A DNA stretch of 64,000 nt from Acidimicrobiia bacterium. GTDB lineage: Bacteria; Actinomycetota; Acidimicrobiia; Spongiisociales; ZC4RG35. The notes under the pieces are model-generated. The model had not been told where the DNA came from and ran no database searches. It worked only from the letters and a program-made list of their open reading frames with translations. The position numbers and the translations under genes are program-made. Positions within the stretch are counted from its first letter, which is position 1; every line of letters begins with the position of its first letter. Below are positions 1 through 10,908 of this stretch, one piece after another. The stretch lies in contig BPGJ01000009.1 in assembly GCA_026002975.1 (NCBI GenBank), positions 48,105-112,104 of the forward strand, in the 5' to 3' direction.

Positions 1-45
1 GCAGGGGCTGTCAAGCCACTGTCCTGCCGCCGGCTCCACTGAGCC

Positions 46-1794
46 ATGGCGGGTCGGCCGCCGATCCGCCGCCGCACGGCTCGGGGGCGTCTCGTCTTGT
101 TCCTGTTCGGCCTGCTGAGCGTGTGGCTGGGTCTCGGCTACCGCCTCTTCGAGGTGCAGGTGGTCCGGGCGGACGAATACCGGGAGATGGGCCTCAACCA
201 GAGGCTCACCCGCGAGGTGTTGGCGCCCGACAGGGGCACGATCTTCGACCGCGACGGGAACCCCCTCGCCATGACCATCGACTCCCAGACCCTGTACGCG
301 ATGTCCGACGAGGTCGAAGACCCCACTTTCGTGGCCCAGCAGGTGGCAGCGGTCACCGGTCGGGATTGGCGGGCCCTGCGGGAACGTCTCATCCAAGGAG
401 ACGGCTTCGTCTACCTGGCGCGGCAGGTGGAGCCCGAAGCTGCTGCCAAGGTCCTGGAACTGGACCTCGCCGGGGTGTACTCCCTGGAGGAGCCGAAGCG
501 GGTGTACCCCCAGGGAGCGGTCGCAGCTCACGTGGTGGGTCTGGTGGACGTGGACGGCAAGGGGTTGGAGGGTCTCGAGTACCAGTACGACGAAATCCTG
601 TCGGGGACCCCGGGGGAGGTGGTGTTCGAGCGGGACCGGAGGGGTATTCCCATACCCCAGGGTCTACGGCACGTGATCCCTCCCGTCCCCGGCGACGATC
701 TGGTCACCTCGGTGAACCTCACGATCCAGTACGCGGCCTATCAGGCCTGTGAGGAGGTGCGGGAGGAGACCGACGCCCGAGCGTGCTGGGTGGTGGCCCT
801 CCACGCCGAGACCGGGGAGGTCCTCGCCATGGCGGGCGCCCCCGGGTTCGACCCGGAGAGGCGGATCGCCGAGGACGGCTCCACCCACCTGACCAACTTC
901 GTGGTGCGGGGCATGTACGAACCGGGCTCGACCCAGAAGCTCATCACTCTGGCCGCGGCCCTGGACACCGGCACCGTGGGTGTCGACACGGTGATCCCGC
1001 AGGTGTCGGACCGGATCGAGATCAACCCGGGCGCGTGCCGCTCACCCGACGACGACATCTTCGGCTGCTTTGGCGACTTCTCGCCTCACGAGACCGTCGA
1101 CATGACCGTGGGTGAGATCTTCACCCGCTCCTCCAACGTGGGGACCATCAAGATCGCCCAGCGGCTCCCCGCCGGTGCCCTGGTGGACTACATGGAGCGT
1201 TTCGGGCTCGGGCACCCCACCGGCATCGACTACTCCGGCGAGGCGCCGGGATTGCTCGACCGTCCCCGGGATCCGCACTGCAACACCTGTGTGCCCTCGG
1301 CCGCGATCGGTTACGCAGTGGCGGTCACGCCCCTCCAGATGGCCGCGGCGTACGCCGCCATCGCCAACGACGGGGTGTGGACCTCACCCAGCCTGGTCTC
1401 CTCCCGCATAGGCATCGACGGGAAGGTCTCCAGCTTCCAGCCCCAGACCCGCCGGGTGGTGGAACCCGAGACCGCTTGGGTGATGCGGCAGCTCCTCGCC
1501 ATGGTGGTGAGTGAAGGGACCGGCCAGCTCGCGTCGATCCCCGGCTACCGGGTGGGCGGCAAGACCGGCACCGCCAACAAGCTGGGCGACGACGGCAAGT
1601 ACACCGACGAAACGGTGGCAAGCTTCGTAGGCATGGCGCCGATCGACGATCCGAAAGTGGTGGTGGCGGTGGTGGTCGACCAGCCGGCCTACGAATACCG
1701 GACCGGCGGCCGTGCCGCGGCTCCCGTCTTCGCCGACGTGATGGAAGCAGCCCTCCACGCCCTCGGGGTGGTGCCGGATGCCGTCTCGTCCTGA
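46..1794 (+). CDS. ftsI: Class B penicillin-binding protein, septal transpeptidase (FtsI/PBP3-like)
   Basis: 582-aa ORF with an N-terminal membrane anchor. Transpeptidase motifs SxxK (STQK), SxN (SSN) and KTG (KTGT). First gene of a dcw-type string. Confidence 0.9.
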   Translation: MAGRPPIRRRTARGRLVLFLFGLLSVWLGLGYRLFEVQVVRADEYREMGLNQRLTREVLAPDRGTIFDRDGNPLAMTIDSQTLYAMSDEVEDPTFVAQQVAAVTGRDWRALRERLIQGDGFVYLARQVEPEAAAKVLELDLAGVYSLEEPKRVYPQGAVAAHVVGLVDVDGKGLEGLEYQYDEILSGTPGEVVFERDRRGIPIPQGLRHVIPPVPGDDLVTSVNLTIQYAAYQACEEVREETDARACWVVALHAETGEVLAMAGAPGFDPERRIAEDGSTHLTNFVVRGMYEPGSTQKLITLAAALDTGTVGVDTVIPQVSDRIEINPGACRSPDDDIFGCFGDFSPHETVDMTVGEIFTRSSNVGTIKIAQRLPAGALVDYMERFGLGHPTGIDYSGEAPGLLDRPRDPHCNTCVPSAAIGYAVAVTPLQMAAAYAAIANDGVWTSPSLVSSRIGIDGKVSSFQPQTRRVVEPETAWVMRQLLAMVVSEGTGQLASIPGYRVGGKTGTANKLGDDGKYTDETVASFVGMAPIDDPKVVVAVVVDQPAYEYRTGGRAAAPVFADVMEAALHALGVVPDAVSS

Positions 1795-3237
1795 GCCACT
1801 CTCCAGCCTGGCCCGACGGGTGGGCGGACGCATCGTGGGGGACACCGATCCCCTGATCGTCGACGTTTCCCACGACTCCCGGGCGGTGGGCCCCGGCAGC
1901 CTGTTCGTGGCCGTGCCGGGCCGGATCCACGACGGCCACCGGTTCGCAGCCGAGGCGATCTCGGCGGGCGCAGCCGCGGTGTGCGTCCAGCGGGTCCTCG
2001 ACGTGGATCGCCCCCAGCTGGTGGTGCCCGACACCCGCGCGGTCCTCGGTCGGCTGGCCGCCGCGGTGTGGGGGGATCCGTCGCAACGTCTGTTCCTGGT
2101 GGGGGTGACCGGCACCAACGGCAAGACCACCGTCACCCATCTCGTCGAGTCGATCGGCCGGGCGGCCGGGGGTCCGGACCGGGCTGGTGGGCACGGTGGG
2201 GGCCCGTATCGACGGTAGGGACATACCCGTCGCTCACACCACCCCCGAAGCGTCCGATTTCCAACGGCTCCTCGCCCACATGGTCGACGAGGGTGTGGAC
2301 CTGGCCGCGGTCGAGGTCTCCTCGCATGCCCTGGAGCTGGGGAGGGTCGAAGCGACCTGTTTCTCGGTGGGGGCTTTCACCAACCTCAGCCCCGAGCATC
2401 TCGACTTCCACGGCGACATGGAGTCGTATTTCGCCGCCAAACGCCACCTGTTCGACCTGTCCTCCCGGGCCGTGGTCTGGGTCGAGGACCCCTACGGCCG
2501 GAGACTCGCCGACGAACTCCAGCCGATCACGGTCGGCTGGGAGGATGGAGACGACTCGCCCGATGTGGCGTGCCGGGTTCTCGAGGAGAGGGCCTCGGGG
2601 AGCCGGATCCGGATCACCCTGCCCACGGGTGACACCTTCGAGGTCGTGCTCCCCTTGCTGGGGGTCTTCAACGCGGCCAACGCAGCCGTCGCCGCGGCGT
2701 GTGGGCACCTAGCCGGTTTCGACCCCGACTCGATCGCCGAAGGCCTCCGGTCGACCTCCGGGGTGCCCGGACGGTTCGAGCTGGTGACCTCTCCGGATGG
2801 CTTCTCGGTGGTGATCGACTACGCCCATAGCCCCGCCGCCATCGAGGCGATGGTGGAGGCCGCCCGCAGGCTGGCCGAGGGGAGGGTGATCATCGTGTTC
2901 GGTGCCGGCGGTGACCGAGACCGGAGCAAACGTCCCTCTGATGGGTCGGGCCGCGGCCCGGGCCGACCTGGTGGTGGTCACCTCCGACAATCCACGCACC
3001 GAAGACCCCGCCGCGATCATCGCCGAGGTCCTGTCCGGTGTGCCCCCCGAGACCGAGCCGATCGTGGAGGCGGATCGCGGCCGTGCCATCCGCCTGGCGG
3101 TGGAGCAGGCCCGCCCCGGGGACCTGGTGTTGGTCCTCGGGAAGGGACACGAGCGAGGCCAGGAGATCGGCGGCCAGGTGTTTCCGTTCGACGACAGGGA
3201 GATCGTCTCCCGGATGGTCCAGGAGAGACGCGGATGA
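1778..3237 (+). CDS. murE: UDP-MurNAc-L-Ala-D-Glu:meso-DAP ligase (MurE), reading frame broken twice
   Basis: Motifs DSRxVxPGxLF, P-loop GTNGKTT, TTPEA, EVSSHAL and C-terminal DNPRTEDP. Homology runs through three frames: frame 2 to 3 at the G5 run 2168-2172, and frame 3 to 1 at CCC 2934-2936. Removing one base at each site restores ...[16 protein letters not shown]... and ...DRSKRPLMGRAA... Confidence 0.85.
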
Positions 3238-4287
3238 TCGCCCTGGGTGTGGCGGCTGCGGTGGCCCTCGCCGTGTCCATCCTCACGACCCCGTTCGCGA
3301 TCAGGATCCTTCGCCGGCGGGCGATCGGACAGTTCATCCAGGAGGAGATCACCGGCCACGCTCACAAACAAGGAACGCCGACCATGGGCGGCCTGGTGTT
3401 CGTGGCGGCCACCGTGTTGGCCTACCTGGTGGCGCACGTGCGGATCTGGACCCCCCAAGGTTTTGGTTTCCACACCGAGCCGCTTCGGCCGGGCGGCCTG
3501 CTGGCCCTGTTCGCCCTCGTGGGGATGGCCGCCATCGGAGTTCCTCGACGATCTGGTCAAGTACACCCGCCGGCGTTCGCTCGGTCTGGGCAAGGGAAGC
3601 AAGTTCGCCGGCCAGCTCCTGGTAGCCGGGGTGTTCGCCTGGGGGGCCGACCGGATAGGCGTGTCCACCCAGCTCGGGTTCGCCCGTCCCCTGGGGATCG
3701 ACCTCGGACCCTTCTTCGTGCTGCTGGTCCTGCTGATGCTCACCGGGGCGGCCAACGGGGCCAACCTGACCGACGGGATGGACGGCCTGGCCGCCGGGTC
3801 GGGCGCACTCATGTTCGGGGCCTACGTGGTGATCGCCTTCTGGCAGGCCCGCAATCCCACCACCTACCCCTTCGCCACCGACCCTCGGGAGGTGGCCATT
3901 GTCGCGGCTGCGATGTTCGGCGCGACCCTCGGGTTCCTGTGGTGGAACGCCCCGCCCGCCCGGATCTTCATGGGGGACGTGGGTTCCAACGCCATCGGAG
4001 GAGCGCTCGCCTCGTTCGCGCTCCTCACGGGAACCCACCTGCTACTGGTGCTGCTGGCCGGCCTCTACGTGGCCGAGGCCCTCTCGGTGATCCTCCAGGT
4101 CGCCAGCTACCGGCTGTTCGGACGGCGGATCTTCCGGATGGCGCCCATCCATTTCCACTTCGACCTCGCCGGGTGGCCGGAGACCACCATCGTGATCCGG
4201 TTCTGGATCCTGGCCGGGATCGGAGTGGCCTTGGCCCTGGGGTTGTTCTACGCCGATTTCATCGCCGTGGAGGGTCTGCTCCGATGA
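3234..4287 (+). CDS. mraY: Phospho-N-acetylmuramoyl-pentapeptide transferase (MraY), one frame break
   Basis: ATG overlaps the murE stop (ATGA). Multi-TM protein with [10 protein letters not shown] and the HFHFDL region. The N-terminal ~100 codons are in frame 3 and the rest in frame 1, switching near 3537-3541 (...GMAAIG / FLDDLVKY...). Confidence 0.85.
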
Positions 4288-5583
4288 CCCGGACACTGGT
4301 GCTGGGTGCCGCCGTGTCGGGTGTGGCCGCCGCCAGACTCGCGGCTCGGCTCGGATCGCGGGTGGTGGTCTACGACTCGAACCCGGCCACCGCGGCGGAA
4401 GCCCTCCGGCTCGGGTTCTCGGCGGTGGGCGGGGAATGGGATCCGTCCCTGCTGGAGGGAGTCGACCTGGTGGTCACCAGCCCCGGGTTCGGTGAGCGGT
4501 CGGCTCCCATCACGGATGCCCTCGAACGGGGAGTGCCGGTCATCTCCGAACTCGAGTTCGGGTGGCGGAAGCTCGGTGTGCCCACCGTGGCGGTCACCGG
4601 GACCAACGGGAAGACCACGGTCACCTCGATGGTCTCGGCCATGCTCCGGAGGAGCGGGATCGAGGCGCCCGCCGTGGGGAACATCGGTACGCCCATCTCC
4701 GACCTGGTGTCCCGTCCGGTGGACGTGGCGGTGGTGGAGGCCTCCAGTTTCCAGCTCCGTTTCATCGACCGTTTCCATCCTCGGGTGGCGGTCGTCACCA
4801 ACGTGGCTCCCGACCATCTGGACTGGCATCCCAGCTTCGTCGCCTACCGGGAGGCGAAGGCGCGCATCGTCGAGAACCAGGACGAACACGACGTGGCGGT
4901 GTTCGATGCCGACGATCCCGGAGCGGTGGAGGTGGCGTCCCGCACGCGAGGTAGGCGGATCCCGGCGTCGTCCCGACGATGTGCCGCCGGGTGGAGTCGG
5001 CGTCGAGGGGAGCGTGGTCAGATGGGGGGACGTCGAAGTCGACCTCGGCCGGCTCCCCCGGACGGACCCGACTCATCTGGTCGACCTGGCCATGGCGGGG
5101 GCCGCCGCGTTGGCGGCGGGCGCGTCGGGTGATGCGGTAGCCGAAGTGGCGGCTTCCTTTCGGGATCACCCTCATCGTCGTGAGGTGGTGGCGGAGGTGA
5201 AGGGTGTCCTGTTCGTGGACGACTCCAAGGCGACCAACCTCCACGCCGCCTTGGCCGCGGTCCGCTCCTATCCATCCGTGGTCCTGATCGCCGGCGGGCT
5301 CGACAAGGGGGTGGACCCCTCGCCTCTGGCCCAGGAGGGCAACGTCCGGTTTCTCGTCGGGATCGGCTCGTCGGGTCCCAGGCTGGCCGAGGCAGCCGGG
5401 GAGAGGGGCGCCGTGGCCCGGGACATGCACGATGCGGTGCGGCTCGCGTTCGCCGCAGCCCGCCCGGGCGACGTCGTGCTGCTGGCTCCCGGCTGCGCCA
5501 GCTTCGACATGTTCGCCTCGTACGCCGAACGCGGTGACGCTTTCGCACAGGCGGTGAGAGCTATCGCAGAGGAGGATCCATGA
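4284..5583 (+). CDS. murD: UDP-MurNAc-L-Ala:D-Glu ligase (MurD), one frame break
   Basis: ATGA overlap with mraY. GTNGKTT P-loop and Mur ligase middle and C-terminal regions (DDSKATN). The frame switches from 3 to 1 between ~4961 and 4975. Confidence 0.85.
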
Positions 5584-6740
5584 CCGGCAAAGTGACCTCG
5601 ATAACCCAGGTGAGGACGACCGCCAGACGTCGTGAGCGGCAACGCAGCGTCAACGCGAGGACCGCCACCACCATCCTGGTGGTGGTCGCCATGCTGTTGG
5701 TGGTCGGTGTCACCGCCATCATCTCGGCGTCGTCGGCGGTGGCCATCGTCGAGGTTTCGGACCGGTTCTACTTCCTGAAGCGCCAGCTGGTCGGGATCGG
5801 AGTGGGGCTGGCGGCGATGGCGGTCACCTCCTCGATTCCCTACCAGACGTACCGCCGCTGGGCCCTGTGGCTGTTCTGGATCTCGATCGCCCTCCTGCTG
5901 GCGGTGCTAGCGGTGGGCGAGGTGGTGGGAGGTTCCAGGCGTTGGCTCGACCTGGGTCCGGTCAACTTCCAACCCTCCGAGTTCTCCAAGTTCGCGGTGG
6001 TGGTCGCTCTGGCCGCGGTCGCCGAACGCAAGGGACGCCTCCTGGAGGACTCGGGTCATTTCATGGGTCCCCTCGTCCTGCTGGTGGGACTGACCGGGCT
6101 GCTGGTCATGCTCCAGCCCGACCTGGGCACGACGGTGGTGATCGGGGTGGCCGCCTTCGGGGTCCTGCTCTGCTCGCAAGCCCCTCTCCGATACGTGATA
6201 GGCAGCGGCATGCTGGCCCTGGCCGCGGGAGCCACCCTGGCGGTCTCGGCCGACTATCGCATGGAGCGGATCGAAGCCTTCCTGAACCCGTGGGCCGACG
6301 CCCTCGGTTCCGGCTACCAGCTCGTCCAGTCGTACTTCGCGTTGGGCAACGGAGGCCTGTTCGGCGTCGGTCTGGGAGCCAGCCGGGCGAGATGGTTCTA
6401 CCTTCCCAACGCCCACACCGACTTCATCTTCGCCATCATCGGCGAGGAGACCGGGCTGGTGGGAGGGTTGACGGTGATGCTGCTCTTCACCCTCCTCGCG
6501 GTGGCGGGCTGGACCGTGGTCCGGAGGGCCCCGGACGGTTTCGGACGGATGCTGGCCGCGGGGATCACCGCCTGGTTGACCGCGCAGGCCGCGATCAACA
6601 TAGGAGGGGTTCTCGGGGTCCTCCCCATCACCGGGATTACCCTGCCCCTGGTGTCCTTCGGGGGCACGTCGGTGGGGGTCACCATGGCAGCCATCGGGGT
6701 GCTCCTCAACGTCGCTCAACAGGGTCGGACCGAGGGATGA
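5580..6740 (+). CDS. ftsW: SEDS-family peptidoglycan polymerase FtsW
   Basis: 386-aa polytopic membrane ORF with FtsW/RodA-like sequence. ATGA overlap with murD. Canonical position between murD and murG. Confidence 0.9.
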   Translation: MTGKVTSITQVRTTARRRERQRSVNARTATTILVVVAMLLVVGVTAIISASSAVAIVEVSDRFYFLKRQLVGIGVGLAAMAVTSSIPYQTYRRWALWLFWISIALLLAVLAVGEVVGGSRRWLDLGPVNFQPSEFSKFAVVVALAAVAERKGRLLEDSGHFMGPLVLLVGLTGLLVMLQPDLGTTVVIGVAAFGVLLCSQAPLRYVIGSGMLALAAGATLAVSADYRMERIEAFLNPWADALGSGYQLVQSYFALGNGGLFGVGLGASRARWFYLPNAHTDFIFAIIGEETGLVGGLTVMLLFTLLAVAGWTVVRRAPDGFGRMLAAGITAWLTAQAAINIGGVLGVLPITGITLPLVSFGGTSVGVTMAAIGVLLNVAQQGRTEG

Positions 6741-7819
6741 CCTTCGCGGTGGCGGCAGCCGGCACGGGAGGGCACGTCTATCCGGCGCTGGCCGTCGCCG
6801 AAGCCCTGGTCGATCGGGGGATCGAACCCGAAGCCGTCCTGTTCGTGGGCGGCAGCCGTCTGGAGTCCACCGCGGTTCCCGCCGCCGGGTTTCCGTTCGT
6901 GGGCGTAGAGCTGAGGGGTTTGCGCCGATCGGTCAGCCTCTCCAACCTGGGGATACCCCGGGTCCTGTGGAGGGCGGTGAAGAGGATGACCGAGGAGTTC
7001 CGCCGTCGAGGAGTGCGGGTGGTGTTGGGAATGGGAGGTTACGTGACACCCCCGGCGGTGTTGGCCGGACGTCGGGTCGGCGCCCGGGTGGTCCTGGCCG
7101 AGCAGAACGCCGAAGCGGGACTCGCCAACCGAACGATGGCCCCTCTCGCCACCCGGATCTTCGGGGCGTTCCCGGTCACCCGAGGGCTGGAGAGAGCCGA
7201 ATGGGTGGGGAACCCGGTGAGACGGGCGCTGGCGCGGTTCGACCGTGGGACCCTCAGGGCGGAAGCCGCCGCCCGCTACGGCCTCGACCCGGACAGGGTG
7301 ACGGTCGGGGTCTTCGGCGGGTCGCTCGGGGCGGGAGTGCTCAACCGGGCGGTGGCGAGGATGGTGGACCGGTGGTCCGGTCCGCCGATCCAGCTGGTCC
7401 ACCTGGTCGGCGAGGCCCATCTCGACTCCATGAAAGGCTCCGAGCAGCCCTGGTGGAAGGTGCTCGGTTACGAGGACAGGATGGACCTGTTCTACGCGGC
7501 CTCGGACCTCGTCGTGTCACGGGCCGGGGGATCGGTGGCGGAGCTCTTGGTGACCCGCACGCCGGCCGTGCTCGTCCCCGGGCGGTTCGGATCCGGCGCG
7601 CATCAACGGGCCAACGCCGAGGCTCTGGCCAGGGAGGGAGCAGCCCTGATGGTCACCGAGGACGAGCTGGACCGGCTCGGTGAGGCGGTCGCGGCCCTCG
7701 CCTCCGACCCCGACCGGCGGGAGCGCATGGCCGAGGCCGCCGGCCGGCTGGCTCGACCGGATGCAGCCGAAGTGATAGCCAAAGCCCTGGAGGAACTCCA
7801 TGGACCTCGACCGGCCTAG
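6737..7819 (+). CDS. murG: UDP-GlcNAc:lipid I N-acetylglucosaminyltransferase (MurG)
   Basis: Starts MTFAVAAAGTGGHVYPALAVAEAL (the GGTGGH motif). ATGA overlap with the ftsW stop. The upstream part of the long ORF 5867..7819 is out-of-frame read-through. Confidence 0.9.
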   Translation: MTFAVAAAGTGGHVYPALAVAEALVDRGIEPEAVLFVGGSRLESTAVPAAGFPFVGVELRGLRRSVSLSNLGIPRVLWRAVKRMTEEFRRRGVRVVLGMGGYVTPPAVLAGRRVGARVVLAEQNAEAGLANRTMAPLATRIFGAFPVTRGLERAEWVGNPVRRALARFDRGTLRAEAAARYGLDPDRVTVGVFGGSLGAGVLNRAVARMVDRWSGPPIQLVHLVGEAHLDSMKGSEQPWWKVLGYEDRMDLFYAASDLVVSRAGGSVAELLVTRTPAVLVPGRFGSGAHQRANAEALAREGAALMVTEDELDRLGEAVAALASDPDRRERMAEAAGRLARPDAAEVIAKALEELHGPRPA

Positions 7820-9149
7820 GAGGATCCACCTGGTGGGGGTGGGCGGCGCCGGGATGAGCGCCTTGGCCAAGGTCCTGGCCGGGATGGGCCACCGGATCTC
7901 CGGGTCGGATCTGCGCCACTCCGAGGCACTCGCCCGACTCCTCGACGCCGGCCTCGAGGTGTGGGCCGGCCACCAGCCCGAAAGTATCACCGGCGTCGAC
8001 CTGGTGGTGGCGTCGTCGGCGGTGCCCGACTCCGATCCGGAGGTGGTCGCCGCCCGGACGGCCGGCGTGGAAGTCTGGCGGCGCCCGCGCCTTTTGGGGG
8101 AGATCACCTCCCGGATCCCGACCGTGGGGCCGACCGGCACCCATGGAAAGACCTCGTCTGCCGCCATGACCGTGGCCGCCCTCCGTGCCGCCGGAGTCGA
8201 TCCCTGGTTCGTGATCGGAGGAGAGGCCGTGGACCTCGGCACCAACGGCGCCGTCGGATCCGATCGGTTGATGGTGCTGGAGGTCGACGAGGCTTTCCGC
8301 ACCTTCGAGGCGGTCAGCCTCCGGGGATTGCAGGTGACCAACGTCGACCAGGACCACCTGGAACACTTCGACTCGCCGGAGGATCTCCGGGAGGCGTTCG
8401 TCCGAGTGGCGTCGGCTGTTCGAGGCCCGGTGGTGGCCTGCATCGACGATCCCGGGGCGGCCGAGCTGGCACGACGGGTGGGAGCCATCACCTACGGAAC
8501 CGAGCCCGCCGACTGGCGCATCGTCGAACCGGGGCCGGACCACTTCGGGTTGGTCGGCCGGGGAAGGCGGTGGGAGGTGCGGCTGGGACGGCCGGGGATC
8601 CACATGGCCCGAAACGCAGCGGGTGTGGTAGCACTGCTGACCGAACTGGGATACGACCCCGACGCCCTGGTGGCCGGTTTGGAGGGCTTCCGGGGCGTGC
8701 GGAGACGGTTCGAGCTCAGAGGGACGGTGGGAGGGGTAAGGATCTACGACGACTACGCCCACCACCCCGCCGAGGTGGAAGCCACCATCGGGGCGGCCCG
8801 CAGTGTCGAGGGTGGACGGCTATGGGCCGTGTTCCAGCCGCACCTCTTCTCGCGCACCGCCCGCTTCGCCGGGGAGCTGGGCCGGGCGCTGGCTGCGGCC
8901 GACGTGGTGGTGGTCACCGACGTCTACGGCGCACGGGAGGACCCCATACCGGGGGTCACCGGGAGGCTGGTAGTGGAGGCCGCCAAACGGGCCGGGGCCC
9001 GGGACGTCAGGTACGTGCCGCATCGCGGGGAAGTGGCCCGGTCGATGGTGGACGACCTGCGCCCGGGTGACGTGGTTCTCACCATGGGGGCAGGGGACAT
9101 AACGGTGGTCCCCACCGAATTGGCGCGGCTGTTGGAGGACCGGGGATGA
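7800..9149 (+). CDS. murC: UDP-N-acetylmuramate:L-alanine ligase (MurC)
   Basis: 449 aa. N-terminal GVGGAGMSALA Rossmann motif, GTHGKTS P-loop, Mur ligase C-terminal domain. Confidence 0.9.
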   Translation: MDLDRPRRIHLVGVGGAGMSALAKVLAGMGHRISGSDLRHSEALARLLDAGLEVWAGHQPESITGVDLVVASSAVPDSDPEVVAARTAGVEVWRRPRLLGEITSRIPTVGPTGTHGKTSSAAMTVAALRAAGVDPWFVIGGEAVDLGTNGAVGSDRLMVLEVDEAFRTFEAVSLRGLQVTNVDQDHLEHFDSPEDLREAFVRVASAVRGPVVACIDDPGAAELARRVGAITYGTEPADWRIVEPGPDHFGLVGRGRRWEVRLGRPGIHMARNAAGVVALLTELGYDPDALVAGLEGFRGVRRRFELRGTVGGVRIYDDYAHHPAEVEATIGAARSVEGGRLWAVFQPHLFSRTARFAGELGRALAAADVVVVTDVYGAREDPIPGVTGRLVVEAAKRAGARDVRYVPHRGEVARSMVDDLRPGDVVLTMGAGDITVVPTELARLLEDRG

Positions 9150-10045
9150 GAAGCCACCCGCTCGACCATCAGCCGGGTGTGGTCCGGAACGCGGACCTGG
9201 CTCCCCTGACCACCTACAAGATGGGAGGGCCGGCCCGCTGGTTGGCCCTGGTGGACAGCCCCGACGACCTCGTGCGGCTGTCCGAGGCGTGGCGGAAGGC
9301 TCCCGTTCCACTCCTCTTCCTCGGCAAGGGATCCAACCTGGTCGTAGGGGAGAAGGGGTTCCCGGGTCTGGTGGTGCGCTTGTCGGGGCAGTTCAGGGAG
9401 ATCCGAAACCGGGGTCCGGCCGTTCGGGCCGGGGCGGCGGTACCCCTCCCCATCCTCGCCCGGGAGACGGTCAAGGCAGGTCGCCTGGGTCTGGAGTTCA
9501 TGGTGGGGATTCCGGGGACGGTGGGAGGGGCGGTACGCCAGAACGCCGGATGCCATGGAACCGAGACCCGGGACGTCCTGGTGGAGGCGGAGGTCTACTC
9601 GTGGAGTTCGGGGGAGACCACCACGAGGACCCCCGACCGCCTGGGGCTGGGATACCGCTACTCCAACCTGGGCGACGACGAGACGGTGCTCTCGGCCGCG
9701 TTCCGCACCCGGCCGGGCGACCCGGCCGAAGGAGAAGCGACCATGCGTGAGATCAGCCGATGGCGAAGGATCCACCAGCCCGGCGGAACCCTCAATGCAG
9801 GGTCGGTGTTCAAGAACCCGCCCGGAGACGCGGCGGGAAGGATCATCGACGAGCTGGGTCTGAAGGGACTCCGGATCGGTGGGGTCAGGGTGTCGGAGAA
9901 GCACGCCAACTTCTTCGTGGCCGACCCCGGAGCGTCGCCCTCGGAGGTCAAGGCCCTGGTCGACGAGGTTCGCCGTCGGGTCGCCGAGCAGACCGGCGTG
10001 GTGTTGGAACCCGAGATCAGGTTCGTCGGGGAGTTCGAACGATGA
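9146..10045 (+). CDS. murB: UDP-N-acetylenolpyruvoylglucosamine reductase (MurB)
   Basis: 299 aa. FAD-binding PCMH-type N-terminus (LAPLTTYKMGGPA) and a MurB C-terminal region. ATGA overlap with murC. Confidence 0.85.
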   Translation: MRSHPLDHQPGVVRNADLAPLTTYKMGGPARWLALVDSPDDLVRLSEAWRKAPVPLLFLGKGSNLVVGEKGFPGLVVRLSGQFREIRNRGPAVRAGAAVPLPILARETVKAGRLGLEFMVGIPGTVGGAVRQNAGCHGTETRDVLVEAEVYSWSSGETTTRTPDRLGLGYRYSNLGDDETVLSAAFRTRPGDPAEGEATMREISRWRRIHQPGGTLNAGSVFKNPPGDAAGRIIDELGLKGLRIGGVRVSEKHANFFVADPGASPSEVKALVDEVRRRVAEQTGVVLEPEIRFVGEFER

Positions 10046-10804
10046 TCGATCCGCGGATCGCCCGACGCCGCGCCGAAGTCGCCGAGAACCGGCTGAGGAA
10101 GGTCCTCGTTCGGATTCTCGGCATCGCGGTGGTGGTGGGCCTGGCCGCGTTCGTGTTGTGGCTGTTGCGATCACCCGTCTTCCAGCTTCGGGAGGTGAGG
10201 GTGGTGGGCGCCGCTCGGGCCGACACCGCGACCCGGCTGGTGGAGGCGGGGGCGGTGCCCGGGACGCCCCTCATCTCCATCGACCCGGAGGCAGTGGAAG
10301 CCGCCCTGGAGCTGGATCCGTGGGTGGCCGACGCCGAGGTGTCCAGGGATTGGCCGAGGAGTCTGGTGGTCGATGTCACCGAACGGGAGCCGGTGGCGGT
10401 GATCGAGGTGGCCGACGGTGTCGTTCTCGCCGCGGCGGACGGGGTCGTGTTGGATCAGCGGCCCGAGCCGGCCGGATGGCCGGTCCTCTCCTTTCCCCCA
10501 CCTGACCCGCGCATCCGTCGAACGGGACGAGACGGTTCGGGCCGCCCTCGAGTTCGCCGGCGAGCTGGACGGACGCCTCCCCGACATCGAGGTGTGGGAG
10601 CTGGACGACGAGCTGTACGCCGAGGTCGAGGGTCTCAGGGTGAGGTTGGGGGGTCCCACCGAGATGGCGGCCAAGGCCCGGGTCCTGGTGGAACTGGTGG
10701 GACGAGATCTGCCGCCGGGAAGTGAGGTGGTGTTGGTGGCTCCGAGCCGGCCGGCGGTGAGACCACCGACACAAGAGCCTCCAGAAGAGTCAACCTCTAG
10801 TTAA
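10042..10804 (+). CDS. ftsQ: Cell division protein FtsQ (POTRA domain), one frame break
   Basis: Basic N-terminus, single TM helix, then a POTRA-like segment (VFQLREVRVVG...). The C-terminal half continues in the next frame after the C5 run 10495-10499. Confidence 0.75.
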
Positions 10805-10908
10805 AGGTAAGAGATGTGGGCTTTACAGGTTTCGAGATTTGGGGTAAACGTCGGGTTCAGCTTTAGGGGTAGGTCGGCCGATGGCGGCACCCCGGGAAGG
10901 AGTTTTCG
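10805..10908 (+). promoter_or_regulatory. AT-rich ftsQ-ftsZ intergenic region, likely ftsZ promoter(s) and RBS
   Basis: It breaks the otherwise tightly coupled dcw gene string, which has no other comparable gap. Visibly AT-rich for this genome. A GGAAGGAG Shine-Dalgarno lies ~7 nt before the ftsZ ATG. No exact -10/-35 assignment is made. Confidence 0.35.

Noticed and set aside
1778-3237. MurE-MurF fusion that would explain the missing murF
   Set aside because: The reconstructed gene is only about 486 codons. It has a single P-loop and ends with the MurE-specific DNPR region immediately before mraY.
2187-5132. 981-aa ORF that looks like a giant fusion protein
   Set aside because: It is a read-through artefact. 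Different segments carry MurE, MraY and MurD homology, interleaved with R/G/P-rich out-of-frame translation. The true genes switch frames at indel sites, and stop codons are rare in this GC-rich DNA.
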